Part shown: positions 1 through 15,293 of the stretch, in pieces | How positions within the stretch are numbered: the first letter of the stretch is position 1 | Layout of the letters: each line of letters opens with the position of its first letter | Assembly: GCA_951406725.2 (NCBI GenBank) | Contig: OX597822.1 | Coordinates: forward strand, 10,416,001-10,480,000 | Origin: Octopus vulgaris | Taxonomy: Eukaryota | DNA: 64,000 nt | Direction of reading: 5' to 3' | The notes under the pieces: generated by a model | Databases searched by the model: none | Told to the model about the DNA's origin: nothing | Seen by the model: only the letters and a program-made list of their open reading frames with translations | Made by a program: the position numbers and the translations under genes

Positions 1-1
1 T

Positions 2-253
2 ATGTGATGCGTTAATAAATAAAAATATATGGTAAATAAATAAACAAACGACATGGCGTATACTGAGGTAGAACTGGACGGGAGACAGACACAGAAGGTC
101 CCTAATTCTTCATAAGTTATCAACCAATTGGTAATACTCAGTTTCGCACGAAGAATTAAGGGCCTTCTCTGTCTCTCTCCCCTCCGGTTGTACACTCACC
201 ATACGTTATGCCATTTGTTTATTTGCCACACATTTTTTTCATTTATGACACAT
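2..253. repeat. Diverged inverted repeat / foldback (arms ~2-111 and ~150-253)
   Basis: Reverse complement of the right arm (...ggcaaataaacaaatggcataacgtatggtgag...gagacagagaaggcccttaattcttc) aligns with the left arm (...ggtaaataaataaacaaacgacatggcgtatactgag...cagacacagaaggtccctaattcttc). Confidence 0.75.
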
Positions 254-699
254 ATGTATCTATAGATACATACATACATACATACATACATACATACATA
301 CATACATACATACATACATACACACACACATATATATACATATATAAATGGACATTCTATTTGTGGGAATGAGCAATCAAATCCTTCTCAAGTTATATAT
401 AATACTACGAATGAGTATGACCATGAGCCATCGCGTAGTCCTAGAAATACTATTCATTAAAAATGTGTTATTCTGTGTTGATATGAGACCAATCATAACA
501 ACCATTTTGATACCTACATATGGTATATATTTACATCTAGGTATACTGGGTCATATATATTTAGTGTTTTTGTGAAGGCCTACTAGCAACTATCAAACCT
601 TATCTAGGTCTTTCTATATCCAACATTCAATAAAGTGTCTATATTTCCATGGAAACGTCTTCGATATCTCTTGAGCATCAATATTTCTTATTGCTTTAA

Positions 700-910
700 G
701 GCGGCGAACTGACAGAATCATTATCGCACCGAATAAGATACTTAACTACAGTTCTTGCGACTTTAAGTTCTGAGTTCAAATGCGGCCGGGGTAGACTTTG
801 CCGTTTATTCTTTCGGGCTGATAAAATAAGTTCCAGTTGAGTACTGCTGTCGATGAAACCGACTTGTCTCCTCCTCCGAAATTTCTGGCCTTGTGCCTGA
901 ATTTGAGATC
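700..910 (+). mobile_element. tRNA-derived SINE family A, diverged copy
   Basis: Head ggcggcgaactgacagaa, B-box-like gagttcaaat, body gactttgccgtttattctttcggg-ataaaataagttccag; flanked by direct repeat atcaatattt..tgctttaagg. Confidence 0.8.
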
Positions 911-930
911 AATATTTCCTACTGCTTTAA

Positions 931-1120
931 GGATGTGAGCTGGCAGATTCGTTATGGTGTTTGACAAAACGGTTAGCAACGTCTTTTCGGACTTTTCCTG
1001 TTCTGAGTAGAAATGTCACCGACGTCCACTTTGCATTTCGTCTTTCGGTTCTCTTGGGGAATCGATGAACCCTAATTTCTCCTCTTCTAAAATTACTGGC
1101 TTTGTACCGAAAATTAAAAA
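931..1120 (+). mobile_element. SINE family A, older diverged copy
   Basis: gagctggcagattcgtta...gttctgagtagaaat...actttgcatttcgtctttcgg; tail aaattactggctttgtacc. Confidence 0.65.
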
Positions 1121-1193
1121 TATTGTCACATTCTCTGACGTTTAATTAAATCACTTCAGTTAAATTTTTGGTTTAATATCATTTAATTTTTGT

Positions 1194-1415
1194 GGAGGCG
1201 CATGGCTTAGTGGTCATGGTGTTGAACTCATGGTCCTAAAATTGTGGTTTCGAATCTGGGATCGGGCAATGTGTTGTGTTCTTGAGCAAAACACGTCATC
1301 TCACGTTACCCCAGTCCACTCAGCAGATAAAAATGAGTAATCCTATGACGAACGGGCGTCCCGACCAAGGAGGAATATATACGTTAGTGAAACCGGTCAA
1401 CTGGCCCTGTGCTCC
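1194..1415 (+). mobile_element. tRNA-derived CORE-like SINE family B
   Basis: A-box tggcttagtgg, B-box gtttcgaatc, then ttgtgttcttgagcaaaacac...ccagtccactcagc; same family as 11660-11888. Confidence 0.8.
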
Positions 1416-2131
1416 TTGCGGAGTAATGTGGGCTAGCCATTATTTAATGTTATTCATTTCATATCCAAGTGGTCCATCTAAAGGTTTAGTAAACCAAAGC
1501 GTTCCTCAACAAAAAACTTCTCCGATTCAATACATGCAACATATTTTCTATTCTATTCCGGATGCGAACTACTTTTCTCTAACGTCATTCGGCTGATTAC
1601 ATTAGATTTATTTAGAATGTGGCGTAGGAATATGTCTTTACATTACGCCACTTGTAAAGGGGAAAGGCTTTTTGTTATTGTCGTCTCCTTGCGATTGTGC
1701 GATGGTTTAATAGTTTCTTGATATAGTCTTAGTTGTTGTTGCTGTTCTTGATTTGTCCCTCATCCGTTGAGCAGCTTTGGGATTTGTTCGGCATTATAGT
1801 AATTGCATATCCAGATTTGTGCCTGTGAATGTGGATATATATGAGTGTGTTTTTGTATGTGCGTATGTGTGTGTGTGTATGCGTGTGAGTATGTATGTGT
1901 ATGTGTGTGCGGATATATATAATATGTCTTAATGTGTTTGCGTGTGTGATGTGTGTGTGTGTGTATGTGTATGTGTGTGTGTCTGTTTCTTTCTTCTCTC
2001 TCACACTCAAAACACACACACAGACGTGAATGTATTCTCATGTGCGCCTGCGTTCGGTGGTTCAAATTTGTAATAGAAATACTTAGGCTCCCAGCATCAA
2101 GCATTAGAACTGAGATGTGCTTGTTCGCACT

Positions 2132-2354
2132 GAGCTGGCAGAACCGTTAGCACGCCGGGCGAAATGCGTAGCCGTATTTCGTCAGTCGTAACGTTCTGAG
2201 TTCAAATTCCGCCGAGGTAGACTTTGCCTTTCATCCTTTCGGGGTCGATAAATTAAGTACCAGTTACGCACTGGGGACGATGTAATCGACTTAATTCGTT
2301 TGTTTGTCTTTGTTTGTCCCCTCTATGTTTAGCCCCTTGTGGGTAGTAAAGAAA
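2132..2354 (+). mobile_element. SINE family A, young copy
   Basis: gagctggcagaaccgttagcacgccgggcgaaatgc...gagttcaaattccgccgagg...gcctttcatcctttcggggtcgataaattaagtaccag...tagccccttgtgggtagtaaagaaa. Confidence 0.9.
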
Positions 2355-2683
2355 CATACAATATCACTTTTGTAATACAGGACAGGTTTACATTTCTTCC
2401 AACTCTGTCAACGTGTGAGTATGGTTACATGTGTGCGCATACATGTGTAGGATCACTTCTATATACACAGATATATATATTAATACACTCACATATAAAT
2501 ACACGTAAGTAAATATATGTATGCATATATATTTATATGTGTATATATATGTATATATATATATATATAATTACACATATGGAATTACCTACTTATTCAA
2601 TTATAGTGTAAGTGGCTAAGTACCCTACATACATTTGGGTCCTTAACATAATCCTCGAGGAGGTGTGTGTGCGCGCGTGTGTG

Positions 2684-3500
<817 letters not shown>

Positions 3501-3558
3501 TGTCTACCTCTGTTTCTGTATGTATATATCTATACACATGAGTGTGTGTATGTACGAG

Positions 3559-3590
<32 letters not shown>

Positions 3591-4362
3591 CACGTGCACA
3601 TATATGTATGTTTATATATTGTATGTAACACTGGCCTTTCCTCCAGCGCAGCAAGGCATGCAATTGCGTGCCATAAATATTAATTTATAAGTGAATAGCG
3701 ATTCAGTTTTATGCACAAATCATACGTCTTTTCAAGCAACAGGAAAGACGGTAGTCACATGCTACATGTACCCTTATTTTAATCACACAGCTTTAGTTTA
3801 TTTAAATTCCACGCTTTAGTTGAAGTACCTGAAGTCGTCCGTTAGGTTATTCCTATAAAGCGCACGTGCGCGCACACATACACACATACACACACAAACA
3901 CACGCACTTAGAAATACAGATGAGTACATACACATATACATGCACGTATTCTTCACCATGCAAAGAAACAATCATACTTAGTGTTGACTCAAATATTTGA
4001 CAAGTGTTTGGTACATTAAAGAGAGCCAAAAGTCACCCAGGAACGAGTAAATCGTAGAAACATGTACCATGCTTTCGGTAATTGTTATAGACGCCTATAT
4101 GGCCCACTCTTTTAGACTCGGGGTACACTCGGATGTGACATTGCGATGAGAGGGCAAAAGAGAGCGAATAGCCCCTCTCTCTTAGCTCGAGGTGGAACCG
4201 GGAAGTGACATTCGGCCGAGAGGGCGAATGAGAGAAAAAGAGAGCTGCCGCTGCATTTTCAGGTGAGCACACTGGAGCAACGTAAGATGACTTAACAGGG
4301 TCAAAGACAAAAACACGATGCTCCGTCTCAGGTCTCACGGAACAGAAACCATAATAATATAA

Positions 4363-4586
4363 GGCGGCGAGCTGGCAGAAACGTTAGCACGCAGGGCGAA
4401 ATGCTCAACGGTATTTCGTTCTGAGTTCAAATTCCGACGAGGTTGACTTTGCCTTTCATCCTTTCTGGGTCGATTAAATAAGTACCAGTTACGCACTGGG
4501 GTCGATATAATCGACTTAATCCGTTTGTCTGTCCCTGTTTGTCCTCTCTGCGTTTAGCCCCTTGTGGGCAGTAAAGAAGTAAGAAA
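4363..4586 (+). mobile_element. SINE family A
   Basis: ggcggcgagctggcagaaacgttagcacg head; same body and tail as the 2132 copy, with a small internal deletion. Confidence 0.9.
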
Positions 4587-4872
4587 TCATGTATGTATGT
4601 ATGTATGTATGTATGTATGTATGTATGCATGTATGCATGTATGTGTATGTGTATGTATGCATGCATGTATGTATGTATGTGTGTGTATGTGTGCATGTAT
4701 GTATGTATGTATGTATGTATGTATGTATGCATGTATGTCTGCATGCATGCATGTATGTATGTATGTATGTATTTATAATATATATATAGTATAGTATGAT
4801 ATAGTATATGTTACGTATGTGTATGTATATACATATATACATTGTATATATGTATATGTGTGAATATATATT

Positions 4873-4915
<43 letters not shown>

Positions 4916-5349
4916 GTGCGTGTATAGGTGCGTGTGTGTGTGTGGGCGTGCAAGTGTGTGTGTGTGTGTGTGATTGTAAATATATATGTGTGTATACAAT
5001 CGACCACACCTGGCCTAACTAACTCAGGTATATTAATATAGATGTAAGCAGTATAGTTGCGGCCCTCTAGTTCAATAAAGAATTTTATAATGCACAATAA
5101 CTCACATCTAAAAGACATGTTTTGCTAGCTTGTTTTTTTTTCTTTTTTCGTTTTTGAGCTACTATGCAAAATTACAACATCACACAAAATGACTAACTTT
5201 CCTAATCAATAAATTTTGCCTGCAGGTGTACAATATTGTATCTTTTTCTACCTGTAGTTATACCGGAGAAATCTTAAGAAAACGTACCTAGATATGATTC
5301 GATGTAAAACTGTATTTGCATAAGCGCGTAACATACATATATACATAGC

Positions 5350-5379
<30 letters not shown>

Positions 5380-5382
<3 letters not shown>

Positions 5383-5434
5383 GCATATATATATCATATA
5401 TATAGATACATATATATATATATACACACATATG

Positions 5435-5521
<87 letters not shown>

Positions 5522-5781
5522 ATTTATTATATATATATATATGGCGTCATTTAAAGGCTAAAACAATGCGAAACGCATTGTGACCAGCGATGTGTAGCAA
5601 CATTTGATAGCCTGGTCGGTCACGGTGGTCACGGTGGTCACGGTGATATATACATATATATAGTGTAAGTGGCTAAGTACCCTACATACATTTGGGTCCT
5701 TAACATAATCCTCGTTTCCGCGTTTCGCATTGTTTTAGCCTTTAAATGACGCCATATATATATATATATAAATACACACAC

Positions 5782-5814
<33 letters not shown>

Positions 5815-5870
5815 CATATGTGTGTATATATATATATGTATCTATATGTATGATATATATATATGATATA
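5380..5870. repeat. Local inverted duplication (arms ~5380-5576 and ~5720-5870) with a 56-bp insert identical to 2602-2657
   Basis: atggcgtcatttaaaggctaaaacaatgcgaaacgc and its exact reverse complement; mirrored microsatellite interruption pattern; 5659-5714 identical to 2602-2657. Confidence 0.85.
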
Positions 5871-6188
5871 TATGTGTGTGTTTGCGTGTGCAAGACCGTG
5901 TGTGTGTGTGTATACATTGTTGAAGTGGTTCGGTGGTATATGTATTATTAAGATGGATTTTATGATGCATAATAATGAATTACTGGTAATGTGAGTAAAT
6001 CAACTGTTGTAATATTTTAAAATTGATATGTGCGCTATCTCAGTAACTATGAAATTATCCACCAATTTCACTCTCGAGCAAACTGGTACATTCACACGCA
6101 CTCACCCCCCCCCACACACACATACACACAGAGTCATACATACACAGTTGCGCAAGCATACATACATGCATACATGCGTATATATATA

Positions 6189-6230
<42 letters not shown>

Positions 6231-6251
6231 TAAAAACGGTAAGATAGCAAA

Positions 6252-6315
<64 letters not shown>

Positions 6316-6539
6316 ATATATATAAATATATATATATGTTGCAATTGCTACTTATGAAGCCGAAATATGCTTGCCATACAGTTGTAGTGGAATACATAAA
6401 GCTTGGAGATACCTTCTATCAAGCTCTCACAAAAATAAAATTTTTATAATGGAATCGGATTTTGTATTTGCTTTCATTTATACATATATATTTATATTCC
6501 ATTGCAGAGCAAAGATATAAACTGGGATGTGTGTATGTT

Positions 6540-6589
<50 letters not shown>

Positions 6590-6831
6590 AGTGTGTACAC
6601 ATGCACGCACTGAGATAGATAAATAGATTGATAGTACGTTGGGAAGTATGTAGGTAAGTCTATAGGTAGGTAAGTAAGTAGGTATGTACTGAGCTAGCTA
6701 GATCGATCGATTGATAGATGGATGGATTGATCAACGGATGGAGGGATATGCATACATATATACCATAATACACACCTATATTTCTTTATACACACACACA
6801 TATACATATAGACAGACAGACAGATAGATAT

Positions 6832-6952
6832 ATCCTCATAATCCTTTCTGTTGAAGAGCGGAAGCTCGAAACGTAAAATACGTCCTCACTTTCCCGAGCG
6901 TCAAACTAATACAGCCAAATATTGGTCGTCTTTTGTTTTTCTGTAAATTTCA
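6832..6952 (+). mobile_element. Short non-coding element with hammerhead-like motif (subfamily 2), 5'-truncated
   Basis: cttt-CTGTTGA-a-gagc-ggaa-gctc-GAAACGT-a-aaat at 6844-6879, then ttcccgagcgtcaaactaatac; ends at (GATA)n. Confidence 0.65.
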
Positions 6953-6957
6953 ATTAA

Positions 6958-7000
<43 letters not shown>

Positions 7001-7774
7001 TATAGATAGATAGACAGACAGGCAGAGAGTTAGATAGATAGAAAGAAAGAAAGATAGAAGGATAGATATATATATAGATAGATAAATAGATAATAATGGA
7101 ATTATTGTATGCAGTGCTCATGTGCACCACAACTTGTCAAAGGTGCGTATAAACAAGTTTATGAGAATGGATGTCAATTTAATAATAATAATAATAATAA
7201 TAATAATGAAATAGACAGATAGATAGAAAGAAAACCTCAATTAAAAGGCGATTCGTTGCATCAATATACTTCCGAACTAATTCTACGAATCAATAAATAT
7301 TTAGACATAAGTTATTGTGATATAAGAATATGTTCTCGTAGTTAGCTACATATTATAACGCTCGAAACAATTACGGACATTGAGCACTCCCCTAGAAAGC
7401 TAGCGTGCAATGTGACATTGGTCACATGGAACCTCTTGTAAGTCACATTGATTTACAATAGTATAGACGTACCTGTATTTTATCGACTTATTGAAGTAAA
7501 TTTAATTTTTGTTTTATTTAGTGTATGGAACGAGAGATATCAGTACTGGAAGGCTCTCTGACCCGGAAACACTCAAGACACAAAGTCTCAGCAAAATTGA
7601 TGTTGTATATATACTTGTTGTACATATACATACATGAAGGCATAGGTACAGAAAAAAATGAATATATAACGTTATACATTTATTGTATAATATATTTAAT
7701 ACATATGTTATACAACATAGGTGTATATATTTATTATCATATTTAGAGCATACACTTTATATTATATATATATT

Positions 7775-7820
<46 letters not shown>

Positions 7821-7870
7821 TGTATATGAATAAAAGGAATACATATGCATACATATAAATATAAATATAA

Positions 7871-7983
<113 letters not shown>

Positions 7984-7988
7984 AATGT

Positions 7989-8352
7989 GCAGAAGTGGCT
8001 GTGTCGTAAGTAGCTTGCTTACCAACCACATGGGTTCAGTCCCAATGCGGGGCACCTGGCGCAAGTGTTTTCTGCTATACCTTAGGACCTACCAAAGTCC
8101 TATGTGTGTGTGTGCGCGTGTATGTGCGTGTGTGCGTACGTGTGTGTATGTGTGTTTGTGTGTCTGTGTTTATCCGCCCACCATTGCTTGACAACTGATG
8201 TTGGTGTATCAATTGTCCCCGTAAACTAGCAATTCGGCAAAGGAAACCGACAGAATAAGTACTAGGATTACAAAGAATAAGTTCTAAGGTCGATTTTTTG
8301 ACGAAATGGCGGTGCTCCAGTCAAATGACTGAAACAAGTAAGATTAAAAGAG
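7989..8352 (+). mobile_element. tRNA-derived SINE family C with internal microsatellite
   Basis: gtggctgtgtcgtaagtagcttgct head, gggttcagtccc B-box, internal (TG)n, tail gactgaaacaagtaag. Confidence 0.85.
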
Positions 8353-8436
8353 TATATATACATTTACGCATATGCATACGTACAAATATACATACATATT
8401 TACACACACACACGTAATTATACATATATATTTTAA

Positions 8437-8840
8437 GTAGTTTGTGTGGTAAGTAGCTTGCTAGCCAACCACATGGTTCCGGGTTCAGTCCCACTGCGTG
8501 GCATCTTGGGCAAGTGTCTTCTGCTATAGCCCCGGGCCGACCAATGCCTTGTGAGTGGATTTGGTAGATGGAAACTGAAAGAAGCCTGTCGTATATATGT
8601 ATATATATATATATATGTGTGTGTGTGTTTGTGTGTCTGTGTTTGTCCCCCTAGCATTGCTTGACAACCGATGCTGGTGTGTTTAAGTCCCCGTCACTTA
8701 GTGGTTCGGCAAAAAGAGAACGATAGAATAAGTACTGGGCTTACAAAGAATAAGTCCCGGGGTCGATTTTCCCGACTAAAGGCGGTGCTCCAGCATGGCC
8801 GCAGTCAAATGACTGAAACAAGTAAAAGAGTAAAAGAGTA
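8437..8840 (+). mobile_element. SINE family C, near full length
   Basis: gtgtggtaagtagcttgct...gggttcagtcccactgcgtggcatcttgggcaagtg (CORE-like)...gactgaaacaagtaaaagagtaaaagag. Confidence 0.9.
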
Positions 8841-8870
8841 ATATGTATAATTAAATACAAATATTTATGA

Positions 8871-9006
<136 letters not shown>

Positions 9007-9062
9007 ATTTGAACTTTCAATCAATAAGAGTCGATCCCATAATGAAACATAAATAGCTTATA

Positions 9063-9278
9063 TTGGTTCTAAATTTTAAAACAAGGCTAACAATTTCCGG
9101 GTAGGAAGAAAGTCGATTATATGTCAACTACAGTATTCAACTAGGACTAATTTTATTGACCTCGGAATTATAAAAGGCAAAGTTGAACTCGGCAGAATTT
9201 GCAACCAGAACGTAAATACAGATGCAATTCCGCTTAGCATTTTGTCTTGCGTCCTAAGAATGTTGTCAACTTCTAGCC
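9063..9278 (-). mobile_element. SINE family A, diverged
   Basis: aaaggcaaagttgaactcggcagaatttgcaaccagaacgt is the reverse complement of the family A body. Confidence 0.7.
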
Positions 9279-9503
9279 TTATCTGATAATACTGATATGG
9301 TCCTGTGTCCCCTGCAAACAAGCATATATTTATTTAAATATATACATATACATAATATATATATATTTATATATATATATATAATTTTTTAGGGAATAAA
9401 AATTCCGGCATAATAAAGGTTCAAATTATTCACAATGAAGAAATATATTTTAGTTTAGAGATGTAGGGGTCTACTATCTCTAAATTAAAATACACACACA
9501 CAC

Positions 9504-9554
<51 letters not shown>

Positions 9555-10270
9555 CCCATAGACATATGGGTTCACATAATGGTGTCATTTTAAGAATAGC
9601 AAGTGAACATTTAGGGCTGGTCTGACTGTAGTGGAACTCGGGAGCAAATGTATTGCGAAGTCCCATGTTCTTGATCTCTACACACGCCTATGAATTTACA
9701 AATCAATAACCATGGAGATGCTTCCTGCTTTCCCTGACGTTTCCGTGAGCGAATTTACAAAATTCCCCCATACTACGGGAGGCTAATTCATCGCGGAGTT
9801 AACCCTCCCACTCATCACCCCAACCGAGTTGTTGCTGGTTCATATATTCATCAGAATATACTGAGACAACATGCAGTGAATTGACTTGCTCAAGGCTGCA
9901 ACAATCTGCTCGGTTTCAAATTTTGAAACGAAGATTTTAATTATCGTAAACCCAGCACCATGTATATATAACACCTCGTATACGAATATATATGCTGGTG
10001 TTTGTACATATTTATATATGTATGTCTGTATATACATATTATATATTATATATATATATGCATATATATAAACACTTATATACACACATGTATATATATA
10101 TATATGTATATATATGTATATATACGCACATGTATACGCATTTATACACAGATGTATATTGATACAAGTATGCCTATATACATACCTAAAGAAAAAATAT
10201 TAATAATTTTGGCAGTAACTTGAAACATAATTTGTGGTTCCAATCTCGGTTCCGTCACGGAGGAAGCAGA

Positions 10271-10318
<48 letters not shown>

Positions 10319-11370
10319 AAACTCTACCATCACCACCACCTCCACCACCACCACCACTTCTATCGTCATCAACGCATTTGTGATATTTCTAATTATATAT
10401 TTCATTCTAGCCATCAGTCGCGTTTCTAAATGACGATACACTCTCTCTGTCTCTCCTTCTCCCCATCCTTACCTTCTTTTCCCCCTCCAATTTACGAGTA
10501 TTATTATATATTTTACTTTCGTTTTTGTTAATTTCTGTTTTTTTTTTAATTTCTTATGTATTTATTTATTTATTTTTTATTTTCTCGGTACCACTAAATA
10601 TTTCTATATTTCAATATTGGAATAATTAATGGACATTTAGTTGTGGAAAGTGACCCTACTGTGATGAACTAATTACTGCAATTCTAGATACTGACACACA
10701 CACATTCATGCACATACACACACACACATATACACAGATATACGCGTATATACACGCATATACATAAAATTATATATATATATATATCTGTACATATATA
10801 TGTACATACAGACAAATATATAGACACATACATAAGTATATACACATATACCCACTCACACACATTAATGCGTACGCATTTGTAAATGAAAGTATAGATA
10901 TAATAATATATGGATATATTTACATATACGAAAATACCGGAACGTTATATATATATAAATTAATATATATATATATATAAATATGTATGTATGTATGGAT
11001 GTATGCATATATATATGTATATATGTAGATATATGAATATATATATGTATGTATATATATATGAATGTGTATATATATATATTTATATATATGTGCATGC
11101 ATATATATATATATATATACATACATATATACATATTTATTTATACATACATATGAAATGTTGAAACCGGAGACCCGGGAAGCCGAATAACATTAATTAT
11201 TTGTTATTTGGTTACAAGACTCTAAGTCTGCAGGTTATGCATATATTAGTAATTAAATGGACCCCCTCCAATACACCACTGGTGCTTATTAAATAATCGA
11301 CCAATCAAGCAGTGACATACATAAATATATATATATATACATATATTTATGTATGTATGTGTGTGTGTGT

Positions 11371-11423
<53 letters not shown>

Positions 11424-11526
11424 TGTCTGTATACTTTTACCTTTTTACATGTTTTAATTTGGGTGCCACGTCCGAGTAGGGCACCACCTTGAATAATTTT
11501 AGCCGGAGGAATAGACCGCCGGTATG

Positions 11527-11585
<59 letters not shown>

Positions 11586-11659
11586 GTATATATGTATATA
11601 TATGTATGTATGTAAGTGTGTGTGTGTGCGTGTGTGTGTGTGCGTGTGTGTGTGTGTGA

Positions 11660-11888
11660 GGAGGCGCGTGGCTTAGTGGTTAGGGTGTCAGCATCATGAT
11701 CGTAAGATTGTAGTTTCGATTCCTGGACCGGGCGACGCGTTGTGTTCTTGAGCAAAACACTTCATTTCATGTTGCTCCAGTTCACTCAGCTGGGAAAAAT
11801 GGCGTCCCGTCCAGCTGGGGAACACATACGTCATAGAAACCGGGAAACCGGGCCCATGAGCCTGGCTAGGCTTTAAAAGGCGCATTTA
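11660..11888 (+). mobile_element. SINE family B (tRNA head + CORE-like domain)
   Basis: ggaggcgcgtggcttagtggttagg A-box, gtttcgattcc B-box, ttgtgttcttgagcaaaacacttcatttc. Confidence 0.9.
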
Positions 11889-11900
11889 TTTATGATTATG

Positions 11901-11949
<49 letters not shown>

Positions 11950-12405
11950 AGTTTGTTGTTTATTCAATCGGTAGTTTGTGCGGAACCGTAAGAGTTAAAG
12001 AAAATTAAACAAACCAGCACCGGTTGTCAAGTGGTTGTACGTAACTAACACAAAGACACAGAGAGAGACAGACACGCGCACTCTATCTCTCTCTTACACA
12101 CACTTACAGACACACACACGAACTCACACGCATAAACACACACATACATGTATATACATATATATACATATATATACGTATATATTATATGTATGTTATG
12201 TATCTATGTTATGTATGTATGTATGTATGTATGTATGTATATATACGGCAGGCTTCTCTCAGTTTTCTTCTATCACATGCCCTCATAAAGCTTTGGTCTG
12301 CCCGAACTACAGTAAAATACCTTTGCCCAAGTTGCCACAGCGGGGATTGAATCCGGAACCTTGTAGTTTAGGAAGTAAACTTCTTACCACACAGCCACGC
12401 CCGTG
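11950..12405 (-). mobile_element. SINE family C with expanded internal microsatellite
   Basis: caccggttgtcaagtgg (3' half) and ttgcccaag...cttaccacacagccac (head, reverse) separated by CA/TA/TGTA repeats. Confidence 0.75.
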
Positions 12406-12684
12406 CCAGTGCACGTGATCGACAGTATGCAACTGTTAGCTACGTGTGTCGGCGACCTACTGAACATTCCGTATGTGCAGTCAGATGCTTCCCGGTGAGT
12501 TCATGTCCAAACAAGCAGGAGCAGGACTTGCGTTGCGAAAACGAAACCAGGAGTACATATGCGCTATTGCTGACAGAATCGTTAGAACGCCGGGTGGAAT
12601 GCTTAATGGCATTGTAATCGATTCACCCCCGATCCCAGAATTGCCGCCTTTGCGGTAAAATTAAAAACCATTATCATTATTATT

Positions 12685-12875
12685 GCTGGCAGAATCGTCA
12701 GCCCGCTGGGCGAGATGCTTAGCGGTATTTCATCTGCTGCGACGTTCTGAGTTCAAATTCCGCTGATGTCGATTTTGACTTTCATTCGATAAATCAAGCA
12801 TCAGTGAAATACTGCGGTCGATGTAATAGACTAGTTTCCTCCACACAAATTTCAGGCCTTGTGCCTTTGGTACAA
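12685..12875 (+). mobile_element. SINE family A
   Basis: gctggcagaatcgtcagc...gttctgagttcaaattccgc...aaatttcaggccttgtgcc. Confidence 0.8.
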
Positions 12876-12878
12876 AGG

Positions 12879-13836
<958 letters not shown>

Positions 13837-13916
13837 CTATGTTTGACTTTTGCTTTATATTTGTACAAGTTGGCTCCAAGTCTCACCCAGAGACCTCAAG
13901 AGACAACAGGGTTGGA

Positions 13917-13981
<65 letters not shown>

Positions 13982-13987
13982 CGTTAA

Positions 13988-14198
13988 GACAGGAAACTGG
14001 CAGAATCATTAGCACGACGGGCAAAATGCTCAGCGATATTTAGCCCGTCATTACGCTCTGAGTTCAAATCCCGCGGAGATCAATTTCGCCTTTCATCCCT
14101 TCGGGGTCGATAAATTAAATACCAGTAAAACTTTGGAATATGAAGAAATCGACTTACCCCTCCCCCAAAATTGCTACCCCTGTGGCGATACATGAAAC
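13988..14198 (+). mobile_element. SINE family A
   Basis: ctggcagaatcattagcacg...gagttcaaatccc...gcctttcatcccttcggggtcgataaattaaataccag. Confidence 0.85.
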
Positions 14199-14274
14199 CT
14201 TTATTATTATTTTTCTTGTTGTTGTTGTTATTGTTACTGTTATTTATATTTCGATATTATTAATTTATTTATAA

Positions 14275-14574
14275 CTAGCAGTATCGCCCGGCGTTGCTCG
14301 GGTTTGTAAGGGAAATAACTATATAAGCATTTTTAGAGAGTTACTTCCCTTATATAATAGCAAAAAAAATGCATTAAAAATGGGAAAAAATGATGGTAAA
14401 TTATTTTTAAAATCGTAGACTCATCGTAGACATGCGCTAATACCCAGAAGGGCTTGATATGAATCATGACTATAAGATACCCGCTTTTGGTTACACTGCA
14501 CCGCAAAATGTGGGAGTAGTTAGGAATCTAAATCGTAGGAGACAGACACACAACTTCACTTTTATATATAAAGA
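14275..14574 (-). mobile_element. Non-autonomous Helitron
   Basis: On the minus strand: 5' TC start (tctttatatataaaag), 3' end cccgagcaacgccggg hairpin then ...tgCTAG, inserted between A and T. Second copy at 31028-31423. Confidence 0.8.
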
Positions 14575-14726
14575 TACTGTTTTGTTTGTCTTTAACTTTT
14601 AGGATTCTTTGATGTCTGTTTCCATTTTAGTGGTTTTTATCTCCCTTTTCATTTAAAATCATGACTTTACCTGTAGCTCTCCCAACCGAAGAGAACCGAA
14701 ATAAAATATAACCAAACCGGAAACAT

Positions 14727-15003
14727 GGAAGAGGAGTAAATCTGTGGCAGCAAGCAACATCGTTCCTGGTTCAGTCGCAGTCTGTGGCAGCTTGCCCTGG
14801 AGCCAACCAAACCCTTGAGAATGAATTTAATAGACGGAAACTGAAAGAAGCCCGCCGTGTATATATATATGCGTCATTTATTTATATGTATATGTGTGTT
14901 AGTGCTTGCATTTGTCCACAACAGTCGCTGTACAACCGGTGTTGGTTTGTTTATGCCCCATTAACTTAACGGCTTGGTGAAAGAGAGCGCTAGAATAAGT
15001 TGC
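14727..15003 (+). mobile_element. SINE family C, diverged
   Basis: gacggaaactgaaagaagcccgccg, caaccggtgttggtttgtttatg, tagaataagt. Confidence 0.7.
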
Positions 15004-15019
15004 TCCGTCTAATACTCTT

Positions 15020-15245
15020 CAAGAAAAGCAAGGAAAGAAGAAAGGAAGGAATATGTAAAGATATATATATACAAGAAAGAAAGAAAGAAAGAAGGGCGGA
15101 AAGAAAGAAAGAAAGAAAAAGAATAAAAGAAAGATAGATAGGAAGGAGAAAAGAAAGAAAGAAACATATAAAGAAAGAAAAAAGAATGAAAGATAGATAG
15201 ATAGGAGGAAAAAATGCGAGGAAGAAAGAAAGCAAGAAAGAAAGC

Positions 15246-15293
<48 letters not shown>

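Noticed and set aside
11660-11730. SINE heads as tRNA genes (also 58161, 1194)
   Set aside because: No complete cloverleaf; they continue into repeat bodies and tails.
12470-12500. Strong donor-like ccg|gtgagt
   Set aside because: No polypyrimidine acceptor or coherent exon upstream.
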